Source of the DNA: Orbicella franksi
Taxonomy: Eukaryota
NCBI GenBank assembly: GCA_964199315.1
Contig: OZ116700.1
Coordinates: 16,864,001 to 16,928,000, forward strand
Length of the DNA: 64,000 bases
Reading direction: 5' to 3'
Part shown: piece by piece, positions 26,793 to 45,231 of the stretch
Layout: each line of letters starts with the position of its first letter
Position numbering within the stretch: position 1 is the first letter of the stretch
Program-made: the position numbers and the translations under genes
Notes under the pieces: model-generated
What the model was told of the DNA's origin: nothing
The model's database searches: none
The model's input: only the letters and a program-made list of their open reading frames with translations

Positions 26793-29700
26793 TTAAATTG
26801 CAGTGCCTCTTTCCAAGTTTTGCTTGATTTCAGAAGTGAATGGGTCATAAAACCTTGCTAGTTTCTTGTTGAACTTCATATTGCGTTCATTAATGTAATC
26901 AATGTCTGCTTCATCTTGGTGAGCTCGGCGACGGCTGTACTTCTCACGCTTTTCAATTCTGGAATGTAAAAATTCCAAATAAGTAACATGGAACTACCAG
27001 TGAGCTGGTTCTTTTGCCACACAGCACAGTCTGCCTGATGAGGACAGACTGGGAATGAGATAAATGCGCAAAAGAGGGTTTGGTTGTTTGAAAGATCGAT
27101 TATTTTTGCCAGTCATTGATATTTCACACAATGAGTAGGCACTGCTGAGAACATGAAAACAAATTACACGGCAGTGGTGACAATAGTCTCTAAGACAAAG
27201 ATTGAAGATGTCTAGTGTCATCTAATGGTTAGCTTAGTTTGTAGAATGCAAGACTGCCGAGGGTTTGAGCCCAAGACTGGACCAACACTCGGGGGTCTTA
27301 AAATAACTGAGGAGAATGTCCAACCTTTGTACATAATTAAATCTGCATATGGTTAGACACTCGAGTCTTCACGGACAAGGACTATAAACCATAGGCCCTA
27401 TCCAAGGCATCTTCAGTGTTATCTCAAAGTGTTGTGGTCTGGCCTTGTCTCACAGGTTGGTGTTTCACATAGGGTTAACCTCATTGCACCTTTCATCCAT
27501 GGACAGAAAAATTTCTCCAAGAAAAATTGCTATGTCTATGTCTAGGTCTACATCTATAATTGCTGGCACTAAGCTGTAGTAAGTTTCATCCCCACACAGA
27601 ACCCAGATCAAGCCTGAAACTGGCCCTCTTGGTCTCAAACAGACGGTGCATCTTCCACTTTCAAGATGATTGTCTCTAATGTGTCAAGATCTGTTAAACT
27701 GTACTTACTGCTTTTCTAGGTCAGCAACCATCCTGTCTACTGCAGCCTCTGGTACTTTTCCCTCTCCTCCATAATTAACATCATCAACACTGGGGTACAT
27801 TCCCTCCCCTCTGCAACAAATTGCACAGTGTTCATTAAAATATTTTTTCAGATGTCAGAGCAACAAATTGTAAATGTAACAGCATGACCACTAGAATAAT
27901 ATTATTATGAAACAGCAGTGAGAAATTGTAACTCCACAAACCATCAAAATGAAAGTATTTTTAATTAACTATTGTCGTTTACATGAATATAAAAAAAAAC
28001 CTTGTTGTATCAAATACTGAGTACTGTATGATCAAATAAAGCATTTGAGGCTACTTGAGTCTAGTTCCCAACATTGGCAGAAACATTTCTACAACCTTGA
28101 CACTTACTTTTGTTCCTTTTCTCTCTTGTAATCTTCATTATTTGGTTTCATCTGTTTGGTAAGGCGTTGGTATTGTCTATATTGAGCAGCAGCAAAGCCT
28201 ATAACATTTTACAAGAAGAACTAACAATATTAGAACACATAGAATTTTCAGTAGTTACCTCTCTGTGAATACCAGCTACACTGAAATTTTTGAATGGAAG
28301 CTTATGGGGCTGGAAACAGAAATGAAGGAAGGCATCATGCACCCAGATCTAGACTCTGTACTAAGATTACCTTATAATTAACAACTGCATCTGAGACTCC
28401 ATATTATTTATTGAAAATTACAACTAATTGATTACATTGTACCTTCAATAAATTAATAATAGTATGAATGGCACAATATCCTACACATAAATAGCTATAC
28501 TGTACCAGAGAAGCCTTGATCAGGATTTTTCTTCTTTCTCTTCCTATCCAGTCTATCAGCATCATCAGCAGACATCTCTAACAACTTAACTCTGTCATAA
28601 TCCTCTCCACGAGATTCAGCTTCCTAACACGAATCAGAAGGAGGAAGACAAGCACAGTCAAGTCAATGTGAAGTCTGTTTTGGGTATACTGCCACGGTTT
28701 ATCCCAGTTTCTGTAGCATTAAGAGACTAGAAAAATTTCTACTCCCCCCTGGATTGGATCCTAATCCATTACAGCAGTAAATTCAACAGTGGGAGACACA
28801 GTGGCCTCATGGTTTGTGTGCTCAACTCCAGATCAAGAAGTCCAGGCTCGAGTACTGGCCAGGGTCATCTTGTTGTTTTCTTGGGCAAGACACTTTACTT
28901 TCACAGTGCCTCTCTCCACCCAGGTATACAAATGGGTACCAGCAAATTTAATGCTGGGAGTGATTTTGCAACCCCGTGCCCCCCAGGTACTTCCAGAAAA
29001 GATGGGTGGGGCTGTGTGGCCCACTTCCCAAAACCCTTACCCTATTTATGACCAAAATCTGCATTTTTTGCTACCCTATTTATGACCATTGCAACTGACA
29101 CAGTCGCCCTAAACATAAGTTATGAAGAGCTTTTGTTAACTGCCTTATTGATAACAATGAAAAAGTAGCTTCTTCTAAGAAACATACCCAATTCAAGACT
29201 AGAGTGCTAAAACCATACTCAATTCATAACCAAAATGGCCAAAATCAATACAACCCTATTTATGACCAAAACGGCTGAAATATGCTACCTTTTGGGTCCG
29301 CACATACTTATATAGCCCATATACAGGAGTAGCCCCCCCCCCCTCCCCAGGCTCTGCAATGGAATAGCATCCCATCAAGGAGGGAGTAGAAATAGTCCTA
29401 GTTGCTTCATGCTACAGAAACTGGGATAAGCTCCCACCTAATGGGCCACTTGGTTCATATGTAGACTTTACCTTATTAAATTCAACAGTACCCATTTACA
29501 CAGCTGGGCTTAGAGAGGCAGTGCAAGAGTAAAGTGTCTTACCCAAGATCATAACATACTGACCCCTGCCAGGGCTCAAAACTGCACTGCTTAGGGACAT
29601 ATACAATGTAAATCAAGGATTCTGGTTTCACTTAGTTTTAAGCTACCAAAGTATCTTTTAGGGTGCACTCGAAGAAATAATAATAATAAACACTCTTATT

Positions 29701-31182
29701 TTGGTTTTTAGGCTCAATTTACGCCAGTCTTTCAAGTCCGGACGTCTGGCGCAGGCTCCTTTCCTGAACTGCAGCTGGTAATTGAACCTCTTCCATTTTA
29801 AGTGGTATCTTTCAGAGGTCAAATTAAACTTGTGCCATGCCCAGATTGGTCTCCTCTAGGGGTTGAATTCAAATTTTCATGCAGTTAAATGCAATTTAAT
29901 GGAGTTAACAACAACGAGCGCCTGTGTTCCTGTAGTTGTCAGTGGTGTTTTAATATCTGCATGCACCATGATTCCATGTGCTCCTGAACTAAAACATGTT
30001 GGCAGCCTTCACAGCGATAGCGTTTACAGTGAGCGTTGTTTTGCATGGGAGCACATCTTCAAACATTCCCACCCTCCCTTCCCTCCTTGGCTTGGTTTCC
30101 AGGATTTGCCTGCCATGGGACCGGGCTCCATCTAAGAGCTGGCTGCCAATAGTGGAAGCTCCTGGATTTCTCAGGCACCCAACCTCCATTTAGCAATGCA
30201 GCTGTTAACAACGAGTAACGCCGACCTTTTCATATGAGAGTTACCCCCAGACACAATCCTGCAGGATGGACCAAGTGTACATGAAGGTATTGGGCTGATG
30301 CCTTTCAAATCATATTTTGTTTAAACCGTATTAAAAATTAATTACATTGCAAAGCAATGATATTACACATCTAACAAAACCTATTAGTGACTAGTTTCAA
30401 AAATCACAAGTCTGACCCTTAAAATGTAAACAAAATCAGTACAACTACGTCTTCAGATTCCAGTGGAACCCTACCTCACAGCTAACCAGTTACATGTAAT
30501 ATCGTCCCTTCATTATTACGTTAACTTTTTTCTGCCCTCACAAAAGCCCAGTGATTCATTTTCTTATTTAAATAACCCTGTCAATATGGCCAACCCATAA
30601 ATGATCCATAAATACAGCTAGATGTTTGTGGTATGTCATCAATGATTTCCAGCACAGTTCCTCTACCTTCCTAGCCTCTTCTTCCTTGTTTTCCCATTCT
30701 ACTCGACGTTGCATAGCCTCCCAATTTGCAGGCAGCTTCTTTCTTCTATCCTCCTCTGCAACTTCTTGATGATTCAATTTACGTGCCTCATTCTGGAATA
30801 CCAAAATTAAATTTCACAGGATTGTAAATGAGAAAAGATATTGCAATATTTGCAGTTACGACATAAAAATGACCATCATACCCTTCTAAGATGAAGATCT
30901 CGCAATCTTTTCATTCTTTCTGCTCGTTTATCAGCGACCGAAGATGATGAAGAAGATGATGATGGGCCGGCTTCTGTATCATCGTCTTCTACGACAGAAG
31001 TACTGGCCTGGCCGTTCATCGCAGCTGATTCCGAGCTCTTACGCTAAAAAAGGAGAAAACAAACTGTGTGTTATTCAATCTACGTTCTTGGAAGAAAAGG
31101 TCAGCGGCCAAAAGATACAGTTGAATGAAACGGAAAATGGAAAATTTGTATACCAACTTACATGATCAACTTGTGACGCCAT
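26793..31182 (-). CDS. SYF2: Pre-mRNA splicing factor SYF2 (261 aa)
   Basis: Exons 31162-31182, 30882-31043, 30667-30792, 28506-28623, 28108-28198, 27709-27810, 26793-26958 (786 nt, in phase). Motifs [51 protein letters not shown]...[11 protein letters not shown]. Confidence 0.96.
27213..27420 (+). mobile_element. tRNA-headed SINE, degenerate
   Basis: Decayed A/B-box-like head (TCTAATGGTTAG..GGGTTTGAGCCC) followed by a GGTCTTAAAATAACTGAGGAGAATG..GGACAAGGACTATAAACC body. Confidence 0.55.
28791..29474 (+). mobile_element. tRNA-derived SINE with CORE-like centre, split by a nested MITE (~28972-29349)
   Basis: 5' half GTGGCCTCATGG..CTTGGGCAAGACACTTTAC..AAATGGGTACC; 3' half ..GCTTCATGCTACAGAAAC..AGACTTTACCTT. 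Reverse copies of the same SINE occur near 47320-47470, 53177-53672 and 55700-55850. Confidence 0.75.
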
Positions 31183-31320
31183 GTTTCTTGTTCACTGAAG
31201 GAAACTTGAGCCCACAAGTAAATCAAAACAGTGGAATTCTCATCTTTCAATACTTTGTCATGTACGAGGTCACGTAAAGCTCCAACCTCGTTCCCAGGAG
31301 TTAATCTTTGTACTTTTACA
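31183..31320. promoter_or_regulatory. Bidirectional promoter and 5'UTR interval of SYF2 and ACAT2
   Basis: Only 138 bp separate the SYF2 ATG (31182, -) from the ACAT2 ATG (31321, +). Confidence 0.75.
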
Positions 31321-37423
<6,103 letters not shown>

Positions 37424-39269
37424 CAATAGGAAAGACTTAAGTGAGGAGCATTCACACCAAACATTTTTTAATACTAGGGATGGTGAGGACACTGGAGAAA
37501 CACTACTTTTAAGTTGTATTTTCCAATGATTTCTTAGATTCTCTGTCTAGTGGGTTACAAATAAAATATTTTTTCTGCTTGTAAGCATCCAGGGCCAGTT
37601 TTGGCTAAGTACGATGGACAGAGCCTTGATGTTACAGGTGATCTTGCCTGTTCTTGTTATAGTTCAGGTCAAGTAGGTTTCAAAGATGACTAATGTGGCA
37701 ATATTCAAACTAAGTCCAAATGATAAAAGTATTATGAGTGAGGGATTTGTTTTTTAAAAAATGTGCATTTTGAGGCAAACATGCTCTGCTCTCATGATGT
37801 CAATTAATTAATCTTAAAAGTTTGAAGAATTACTTGGGTATCCTGCCTGGGAATTTGGCAGTCAAGGCGAATGTAGCAAGTTAGTCATCTCTCAGCAAAT
37901 TGGACCTACTTTGATATGTGTTAAACAGGGAGTCAAAACCATAAGATTCTAATAGCGGGTTTTAATTTATTACATCCATATGTATAAAATATTTATACTA
38001 ATTAGTGGCATTTACAATGGCACCAGCTTGGGTTACAGAATTTGTACATGTGGTCTTACAACAGGTTTGAATGACTAAGTTTTCAAAGAATGCATGAAAA
38101 GAGAATAATATATTATTGTACTTAATTGAAGAGATGATATGTAATAAAGTTCACATGAATAACAATAATTTTTCTTTCAGTCTAGTTCAATTCACTCTAG
38201 AAAATGGAATGATAAGTAATCACACCATGAAGAGGCTCTCGAGCTGCATATGATAACTGAAATGAACTTAGAGCAGTCTTAAGATCACTCTGTGGACTTT
38301 ACTTATCAATTTTTCTGCCCAATACCCCACTAGAGAGCTTGTTTACAGATGAAGCAGAAATAAGAGCTTCAAGCCAAAGGACATTTCACAACATTACATG
38401 CTTTTTTTAAGCTTGAATGAATCATGAATTTATATTATAATGATATTTTTAGAAATGCATGTGCATCTTGGTTTTACAAAATTGTATATTTTCTTTAAGA
38501 CCAGTAAATATCAAAAATTGCATTTTTGTTGCTAACCCTTCTCAACTCTCAATCTTATCAGGACAATAGAGTATAATATTCTTTACTAATTAGTTAAGAT
38601 TAGTCACTGACTGCAGTTCTTACAAAATATTTCACAAAATTCATAAAAAAGATTTGAAAACAGAATGGAAAATGGCAAAAGTAACCTATTGTACCTGACA
38701 CAGACAGCTGTATCAAGAAAAGCCATCAGCATAGTAGCATCAATAGCAGTTTATGATAAATGTTATGGACAAGATATATTTTATTTTTTAACAAAAATTA
38801 ACCGTGTATCCAGACATAAAGTAAAAAGAAACTGAATTAACATCTTTTAACTTATTAATAGAAATACTACATGTATTAGAATCATGCTGAATCAATAAAC
38901 TGCATAACTGACTTCTCATTGTCCAAGATTGAAGAATGTAATGGGCCATTTCCAAGTTCCATTTTGCCTCTGTGTCAAAATGAGTCATGGGAAACCATTC
39001 TTTGAGAACGTGCCCCCCGACAGGTTCATTTTCATGCAAATTGAACTCATTTTCGTGTGAAAGGTTTTGCACTAGGACTCGTTTTGAAACCGAGGCACAA
39101 AGTAACCCGAAAATTAAATGGCCGATTTTCGAACTCTGTTCAAAACGTATATCATATAAATCGTAAAAGCGCGTTTTTAAACTTTCTTTCACTTCGGTGT
39201 GTATATTATATATGAATGTTCGTTCCCGAGGTATTTACATTTACGGTGTTTCGTTTTTGATAATAAATA

Positions 39270-42200
39270 CTATTGTTTACATTTCTTTGTACTTTCTTGT
39301 TCGCCACATTCATCATCATTCTCTTCATCGTCGTCATCGTCGCTCGTATCACTATCGTACTCATCTACGACTTGAATTGTCGCCTGAACAGGAAAGTTCC
39401 GCAATAGGGTTTCACCCGAGGCATACATGTAATCATACGCAGCTTTCGTCCAAAGTAACCTAGAAGGGAAATGATACTGTCAGGTACGCGTTAAAAAAGT
39501 TCAGTCACGGTATTTTGAGATAATTTGACGGTACAAAATTAAATTGAAGGAAACCTCAATATAACAGTTTCCTAAGGTAAAAAACACCAAAGAGATGATG
39601 TTAAACCATAAAGGAACAAGGATGGTTAAGAATGGAGAAGATTGATACGGATTGAAAACGACGAACTTGAAAAATTCAGGCTAAGCTTTTCAAGATTCGC
39701 AAACCTTGATGTAGCTTATTAAGTAAACGTAGCAAACAAGCTGCAATGATGGAAAAAAGTCCTTGGGACACTGATGTAACGCCATGAATTATCTGTGTTT
39801 TACAACCAAAACTTGAAAAAGCACTCCTTAACATGCATTGCTGTCCCCCCACCCCATCCCACTGAAAAAAATGGGGTGAAAACTTTAAGAAAAGAGTACA
39901 GCTCAAAAATAGTTTCGCTGACTTGCTTTTCTAAAAGACTGTACAAAAGGAAGCTGTTTTCTCTGTTAAGGAAAAATATTGGTGAAACATTTACGTTGGG
40001 TGAAAACATTATTAAACTAGTTTGTGCGTTGTACCCATCCGACGAATTGACAGTGAAACATTGACTACTGAGGCAGCGTCCATATACGCCGGAGAAATGT
40101 GAAAACGCAGCTTCATTTCTACGATTAGGCGTACTGTCCACACTTATCCGTCACGAAAACAAAGCTTTCGGAAAAGGCTCCTCACACCGGAGGAATTTGA
40201 AAACACTGCTCATTGGCTTTTCGTTTTCTTGTGGACGGAAAACGTTTTGAAAACGAAGCTTTTCGAAAACGATGGCGTCACGATGATCATGTGATTTCTC
40301 TGACCAAGTTTTCTTAAAACACAAATCCAACATGACCGGTGATTGTCGCGTTTTTGAATTTCTCCGGCGTAGTGTGGGTGGAAAACACTTGATTCGTCTT
40401 CAGAGTGAAACCTCCGTTTTCACATTCTTCCGACAGAGTGTGGACGGGGCCAGAAACGCTATGTTGGAGGCCACCCTTCCACGCCAGTAGTTTGCCGAGT
40501 CGGGCAAGCTTCTTTCCGGCTGGCCAACAATAATCTTACACAGTTTTGACCATCTGTACATTGCATTAGCTACACTACAGTTCCATTGAAAGCTCTACAA
40601 AGAGTTTTATTCCATTTTCAAACAGGTTTATATTCGTGCAAAAAAATCGAAGGAGGTTTTCAGTCTTTTCACATCAGCGGATGAAAACTGTCGCCAATAA
40701 ACGCTCCATGCAGTGAGGGGCTGTCTCAAACATTCCGAGCTCCCCCAATATGTCCGATCCTTCAATCCGATATATTTTTTTTCTTACATCATACTAATGT
40801 CAGTCTTATTAAGTTCTAGGTTCCCTCGAAAAGCTTTTCAATTTTCGATTGCCGGCAACCTCTTTAATTTCCCGCCAAAATTTGCTGTTTTCCTACAAGT
40901 GTTATTGGAGTCGTCGCCCGTTTCAATAACGACAGATAACGTCTCCAAGTTTTACTGATTCTTGTGTACTAAAATTACCTGACTGGATGTTTAAATTGTG
41001 GTTGTTGCTGTATATTTCCTGTTGTACTCGGCTGTCCATAGGGCTGTTCAAAATAAAAGAAAAAATATATATATTGAACAAGCGACAGTACAACAGAAGG
41101 CTATTTACTAGTAAATAATTTCCCAGTGTGAAATCAATTCCCGTCCGTGTCTTCATAAATTTTCAGTTCAGCAAAATTGTTTTTTGAGTTATTTTAAAAC
41201 GCGTTATAGTTCTAAGCACGGTGATGAGCTCAAACAGATGTATAGTTGTACCGCACTGCAGAATCAAACGCCTCTCCAGCGATTACGCGAGTTATGTTTG
41301 TTTTTAGCGAACTCGACCGCCACTATATAACTGCCGATATCCTGTACCCAAACGAGTTCAAGGAAAACTACTGAGTAACTGCCGTAGTTACTGTTAATGT
41401 CATCTCTTTTCTGAACAAAACATTGAAATGTTCCGATCCGTAATAATTAGTTGTGGTTAACGCCCAAAATTCTCTGGGTTGACCTTTTTACTATCGTTGG
41501 TATTTTTAGGTACAGCCGGATGTTTTTATTTCTCTACATTTTCTCCCGATATATTTAGTCTCGGTTGCACGCGAAGTTATGAAAGTAGACGCAGTATCAA
41601 ATAAATTATTGATTATCAAGAACGAGTGCATGTATTCGAAGAGTGGTCCGTTCCTACAGTAATCAAGTTTGAGTAGTGTTTCGGCTTTAAGTGAAACACA
41701 GTTTTGTCTATCGCTCTCGTTATTCAGATTACTCTGGCTGTGAAACCCAACAGATTTCAAACCATTTCCGAGGTTGATTTACTAGGTTCGATTCTCGAAG
41801 GGTGACAAAAAATGGGTTGAAAAGCGGGCAGTTCGAAAAATTGGGGGTAAAATTAGTGTTCGATTGAGGGATAGGAAACGACTTTTGCTTCGATTTATCA
41901 GGAGGTGTGAAAAATCGAGGATATGAGAAATTGGTATTCCACTATTCAACTGTATAAACAAAGTTTACTCGCCGCTTTCCGCAATAGCTTCGTTATCTCC
42001 AAGTTCAGTGGCCGCTTACATTGTTTTCATGAATAAAAAAAATCGAGCGGGTCTTTGTTTTAATTTGTTATCAGAATATTTCCAGAGCTGAATAATATAA
42101 AATTCAATTTTTAAGCACACCATCCAACTCCGTTTAGAACACTTTTTATCAGTTCGAAGCGCTCCTAAATTGGCCAACATCTATATTTTCTCGCAGGCTG

Positions 42201-43695
42201 TGTTTTTCGGCCGCTTTTTGGCCAGAAAATTACGACACCTTTAATATAACGTGAAAAAAGGAAACTTTTCTTGGAAAGTAATAAAATAAACTTTTGGCAA
42301 TCCAACTAAGTTCAATAAAGGCAAAAACCAGAGACTGAATCAGGGGAAGCTCTTAAATCCATTTTCTTCAAACTACCGAGTTAATAGCAGCAGGGAAAGC
42401 GGTTGTGGAACTCTTACTCGATGGACATCAAACAGACACCATCAATGTCGTAAATACTCTTTTTCTTTGGCCATCGTAGCTTGATAAGATAACATGCGTT
42501 TTATTGCCATGTTTATCACCGCAGTTTGCGTGTTATTTCTTATCAAGACACCATCAAGTTATGCCGGTACTTACCATATTTTTTAACAGACCCTTACCAG
42601 CCTAACCTGCTAAGAAACTCAAAGAAAAGATAGATGCTAACTGCTTCCAAACTTTGATAACGACTAGAGAAAACAAAATGATAAAAAATATATCGATAAA
42701 TAAAATGCATCGCTGACAACATGTCCGTAGTTCGATGGAAAACGACTCAGTATTATTTCGAACCCGTTTATCGAAGCGCGACTCTTTTTTTGTCTCTTTT
42801 TTTGCCAAGCAAGTGTCAGAAATGATAAGAAATGTCTATTCAGTGGACCAGTTTCACGTTTAAGAACTGGAAAAGTGAGTATTTCGTTTCAATTTATGAT
42901 CATCATTTTGTCCGGCCTGAGATTTTCTGATTCACGGCCGCCCCTGACAAGCACAATTCATTGAAAGACTTCATTTTCATTTTTTATTTTCCATTTTTTT
43001 TTTTTTCGTTGACCAAGAAGCGAAATTTTTCTGATGGAATAAGTGCGTCCTTCATTTGCCTGAGCTTTAAAGTCAGAGCAATACAGAAACATTAAGCCAA
43101 ATTAAGAGAGAATAACAATGTTTTTTTCAAAGGAAACTTTAATTTCGTTACCGTGGAAAACCATGAATAGTTATTGAAGGGCTGCTTTCCCTTACCGCCT
43201 CTTGTGAAATACGCAAGCTTGCCCAGAAAAAACAGTCATTGAAAAAAATCGAAGTAATTGACGAAAAAGCGGTCAGAACTAACAGGGAACAAAGAGATGA
43301 CGCGCGTGACATATTTTGGCGAAAAGTGCAACCTTCACTGGATATATTTAATTGACAATTTTTTTTTTCTTTTATTGTGTAAAATTTACATGCTACGGCC
43401 ACAACGAATTGTGTTGCGAAATACATCTCCAAGAATATAATTTTAAAGTTGTCGAAATGGAATAACTTACCGTGTATCGTGGTCGGCGTTTTCTCTGGCA
43501 GTCCTGGGGACTCTCTACCCAAGGGCGCCAAATTTTGCTGAAATGATCAAACACAGATGAGACAAGAAAATATGTCGTTTTTCACGAATTTAAGAGCCAC
43601 AGATACGTTCAAATGCCCAGATTCATGGATTTGGCGGGTGTACGTGTACGAGTAATTGGTTTTTGTGTTTCGTCCATAATTCACCGGTAAAACAT
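39270..43695 (-). CDS. RIPPLY: Ripply-family transcriptional repressor adaptor (WRPW + Ripply homology domain; 110 aa, or 118 aa if exon 1 is 45152-45186)
   Basis: Exons 43685-43695 (tentative), 43471-43537, 40979-41043, 39270-39459 splice in phase: MFYR-KIWRPWVESPQDCQRKRRPRYT-PYGQPSTTGNIQQQPQFKHPVR-LLWTKAAYDYMYASGETLLRNFPVQATIQVVDEYDSDTSDDDDDEE...*. This matches the vertebrate Ripply pattern WRPW...F.HPVRL.WPKSK.YDYLY...E.LL.NFP[VI]QATI plus an acidic tail. Confidence 0.92.
40071..40451. mobile_element. Harbinger-like MITE in Ripply intron
   Basis: Ends AGGCAGCGTCCATA.. / ..GTGTGGACGGGGCC are imperfect TIRs; a second copy lies at 5102-5390. Confidence 0.7.
41903..41912 (+). promoter_or_regulatory. 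Perfect T-box half-site AGGTGTGAAA (Ripply intron)
   Basis: Exact match to the Brachyury/Tbx consensus half-site; function untested. Confidence 0.4.
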
Positions 43696-44517
43696 GGCCA
43701 GTACATAAGAAACCCTTTGTAAGCCCAATTGATTCCGACCTAGAACATTTGCACACGAAAATCTCTTCATATAGCCCCTTCGTGCTTTCTTTTCAGTAAA
43801 ACGTTTAACACGACATTGACTGTTGACAGAGGGCTTTGTGAAATTCCTTCTTTGCATTGCTCATCGTCAATTCAGCGCTCACGAAATATTCCTTAGCCGA
43901 TTTGTTTTGAACACGGTGGCTTCCATAATACACAATTTACAAATCAGTTGCAACAAAGTACTTACTTCATCTTGTGGTTTCAGTATAAAAGATCCTTTTA
44001 GCTACAACAGGTCCTTCTTTTTAGCTTGCTCAGTTTTCCTGTCAATTCGAAGAGGAAAGGAGCGATGTTATTACAATTTCAAGAATTAATGAGCTAACCT
44101 TGAGTCACGAAATCATTCTATAACGACAAATATGTAGTCATGGGTTGTAAAACTACCTTACAATATGTTCGGTACACGATTAGGATTTCTGCCAAGCTCC
44201 TTTCAAATCGGCACACAGACGTTCTAGGCAATTTCAAAACTTTGTCAAAATTGCACTGACTACTGAACAAGGCAAGAGCTGAGGTGTTAATGGCCAACGA
44301 AGTGCGTTTTTTCGAGTTATCTTATCATGTTGTACAAGAGTTTGCCCACGTAAACTTCCTACCATGAGTCACGTAAAGATCTTCTTGCCGCGTAAATCGT
44401 ATTTGAGCTTTATCAAGAGGGAAGAGTTCAGGAACGTGTGAAATCTTTGGCAAAATGTCGTAGAAGCGCCAAAATATAGTCTGGACGTGCCTAGTGTGTC
44501 GTCCAGAGCCAGGAAAT

Positions 44518-44527
44518 TTTCACACCT
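44518..44527 (-). promoter_or_regulatory. Perfect T-box half-site (TTTCACACCT) upstream of or within the first intron of Ripply
   Basis: Exact match to AGGTGTGAAA on the minus strand; function untested. Confidence 0.45.
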
Positions 44528-45231
44528 TAGGGCTGCACTCGGCCAATCACTCGAGCTCTCAAAGACAACTTATTGTTTTGACCGTCAAAGGGCTTCCACA
44601 ACACCGTGTGCTTCGCACTGCTCGTGCCGTAAACTTGTAAACACAGAGTATGAATTCACACATTTAAAAAGCGAATTGGTACTTTTCAGGCGGCAAAACT
44701 AATGCAAATTTCGTTGCTGTGACATGTGTGCTGTCGGAGACGCAAAAAGAATGTAAATAAAAAGCGGAACACACGTTTTGCGAAGACACATGGTTTATTG
44801 GTCACGCAAAACAATTAAAATCTTGTTTCTTTGTTTCGCCCGACTCTATTTTAAAATGTAAATTCATCTGTATTCTGTATTTTGCAAAGCCTATTATCGG
44901 ATCTTTTGCGGCCGGTTTTTGCCGTTAATCAGAACCCTTTTTAACGCTTGGCGGATATTTTTCGGGGGGCAAGGAGTAAAGCAAGATCTTTAGTAAACCT
45001 GACAAATTTTTTAATACCCTGTTAATTTGTCGTTTTATTCGTAGAAGTGTAAAATACTTCGCAAAATACTATCACCAAATTTCACGGGACGTATGAAAGA
45101 TTTATTAGCCATGTTTCCACGCTACCCCCCGTCAGTGCAGCCCGGGCTGACCCTCTCGGGATAACAGACTTGAAACCCTCCGCCATGTTTTTGCGTCTTG
45201 GAGGAATCGAAGGTCTTCTGCTTGTTCAGTT

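Noticed and set aside
42602-42808. 68-aa ORF with a hydrophobic stretch in the Ripply intron
   Set aside because: TTG start, hydrophobicity explained by T-rich DNA, no supporting splice sites.
43148-43531. 127-aa minus ORF MAPLGRESPG...
   Set aside because: Wrong frame of the Ripply WRPW exon reading into intron.
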